Assembly: GCF_051020825.1 (NCBI RefSeq)
Contig: NZ_JAXGFQ010000009.1
Location: forward strand, 42,387-66,386
DNA: 24,000 bases
DNA from: Moorella naiadis (nom. illeg.)
Lineage (GTDB): Bacteria; Bacillota; DSM-521; Neomoorellales; Neomoorellaceae
Direction: 5' to 3'
Every line of letters starts with the position of its first letter. Within the stretch, counting starts at the first letter, position 1. The notes under the pieces are model-generated. The model searched no databases, was not told the DNA's origin, and saw only the letters and a list, made by a program, of their open reading frames with translations. Position numbers and translations under genes: made by a program. Of the stretch, positions 22,879-24,000 are shown in pieces.

Positions 22879-24000
22879 ATGTGTGGCATAGGTGGCATAG
22901 CTTACGCTGATCCGCGGCAGACCTCTACGGCCGGTCTGCTGGAGGCTATGGCCGGGGCCATGTACCATCGCGGCCCCGATGACCAGGGCTTGCACCGGGA
23001 ACCGGGTTGCGGCTTGAGCTTCCGGCGTCTGGGCATCATCGATTTAGACGGTGGACACCAGCCCTTGAGCAACGAGGATGATACCCTTTGGCTCATCTGT
23101 AACGGGGAGATTTATAATTACCGGCAGCTGCGGCGGGGATTGCAGGCCCGGGGGCATATCTTTCGCAGCGGCAGTGACGCCGAGGTTATCCTCCACCTTT
23201 ATGAAGAGAGAGGCCTGGATTGCTTGGGTGAGCTGCAAGGCATGTTTGCCCTGGCCCTCTGGGATCGCCGGCAGCGCTGTTTACTCCTGGCCCGGGACCG
23301 CCTGGGGATTAAACCCTTATACTACACTATGGTGTCCGGCAACCTAGCCTTTGCCTCGGAGATTAAACCCCTTCTCACCCTGCCGGGAGTTAACGCGGCG
23401 GCGAATCTGGCGGCCATCGACAGCTACCTGACCCTGCGCTTTGTCCCGGCACCCTTGACCTTTTTTCGGGAAATCTACAAGCTTCGTCCAGGGCACTACC
23501 TGACTTACCACCAGGGCCGGGTCAAGGATGAGGGTTACTGGGATCTGCCGGCGCCGGGAAGCTTTACCGGTACTGCTGATGAGGCAGCGGCTACTTTGCT
23601 GGCTTTACTCCAGGAAACAGTAGGCAGCCATCTCCAGAGCGAAGCCCCGGTAGGGCTGTTCTTGAGCGGCGGTCTGGACAGCAGCACCATCCTGGCCCTG
23701 GCCGCCAGGGAAGGGGTGGGCAGGCTGCAGACCTTTTCCCTGGGCTTCACCCGTGCCAATCAGCCTCACCAGGGTTTCTGGGAACTGGCTGCTGCCCGGG
23801 GCCTGGCCCGGTATTACGCCACCGACCACCACGAGATTGAGGTCGCCCCCGGGGAGGTACCTGAAGCCCTGGCCAGGATGGTCTGGCAGCTAGAGGAACC
23901 CCTGGGGGATCCCACCATGATCCCCTTATATTTTATCAGCCGCGAGGCGTCCGGCCGGGTTAAGGTCGTCCTGTCCGGCGAGGGGGCCGATGAGATTTTC
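22879..24000 (+). CDS. asnB: Asparagine synthase (glutamine-hydrolysing), N-terminal 374 codons (3' end outside window)
   Basis: It is absent from the ORF track because it runs off the window. The start is ATG 22879, giving MCGIGGIA (Ntn catalytic Cys2). GATase-II motifs are present (RGPDDQG, LICNGEIYNY, SDAEVILHLY, LARDRLGIKPLYY), as is the PP-loop LFLSGGLDSS. The frame is open to base 24000. Confidence 0.9.
   Translation, partial: MCGIGGIAYADPRQTSTAGLLEAMAGAMYHRGPDDQGLHREPGCGLSFRRLGIIDLDGGHQPLSNEDDTLWLICNGEIYNYRQLRRGLQARGHIFRSGSDAEVILHLYEERGLDCLGELQGMFALALWDRRQRCLLLARDRLGIKPLYYTMVSGNLAFASEIKPLLTLPGVNAAANLAAIDSYLTLRFVPAPLTFFREIYKLRPGHYLTYHQGRVKDEGYWDLPAPGSFTGTADEAAATLLALLQETVGSHLQSEAPVGLFLSGGLDSSTILALAAREGVGRLQTFSLGFTRANQPHQGFWELAAARGLARYYATDHHEIEVAPGEVPEALARMVWQLEEPLGDPTMIPLYFISREASGRVKVVLSGEGADEIF

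Noticed and set aside
1-24000. Scan for CRISPR arrays, tRNA/rRNA genes, transposases, integrases or prophage genes
   Set aside because: I found no regularly spaced direct repeats, no tRNA-like T-arm (GGTTCGAATCC-type) segments, and no ORF with transposase, recombinase or phage hallmarks. The only repeat family found is the two-copy poly-G element.

Overview
The window is gene-dense and moderately GC-rich, with low-GC intergenic islands. Nearly all genes are on the + strand. Gene content and order look like a thermophilic Firmicute. The RsbR-RsbS-RsbT-RsbX-GGDEF arrangement matches what I recall for Moorella thermoacetica; this organism call is an inference, not a search result. Left to right: SNF2 helicase (5'-truncated) with a SWIM zinc-finger partner; an OsmC-like protein; an ECF sigma factor with an overlapping membrane protein; a NEW3-repeat exported protein with an ABC ATPase and ABC-2 permease; an orphan CheY-like receiver; a c-di-GMP-I (GEMM-I) riboswitch controlling a secreted copper-amine-oxidase-N-domain protein; a CHASE3 histidine kinase, CheY-like receiver and REC-HD-GYP operon; on the minus strand, an orphan FliD-like protein and a PAP2 phosphatase; the stressosome module ending in an RsbU_N-GAF-GGDEF cyclase; a membrane HD-GYP protein; an OmpR/HK pair; and the start of asnB. 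The main theme from 8 to 20.5 kb is c-di-GMP signalling: one cyclase, two HD-GYP phosphodiesterases and one riboswitch. The feature I cannot explain from known families is a diverged two-copy low-GC element (about 7505-7935 and 18975-19493). Each copy has a long homopolymeric G tract (17 and 14 nt) flanked by conserved boxes. Each copy sits just after a terminator and just 5' of a c-di-GMP-related gene. I saw no rRNA, tRNA, CRISPR array, transposase or integrase.
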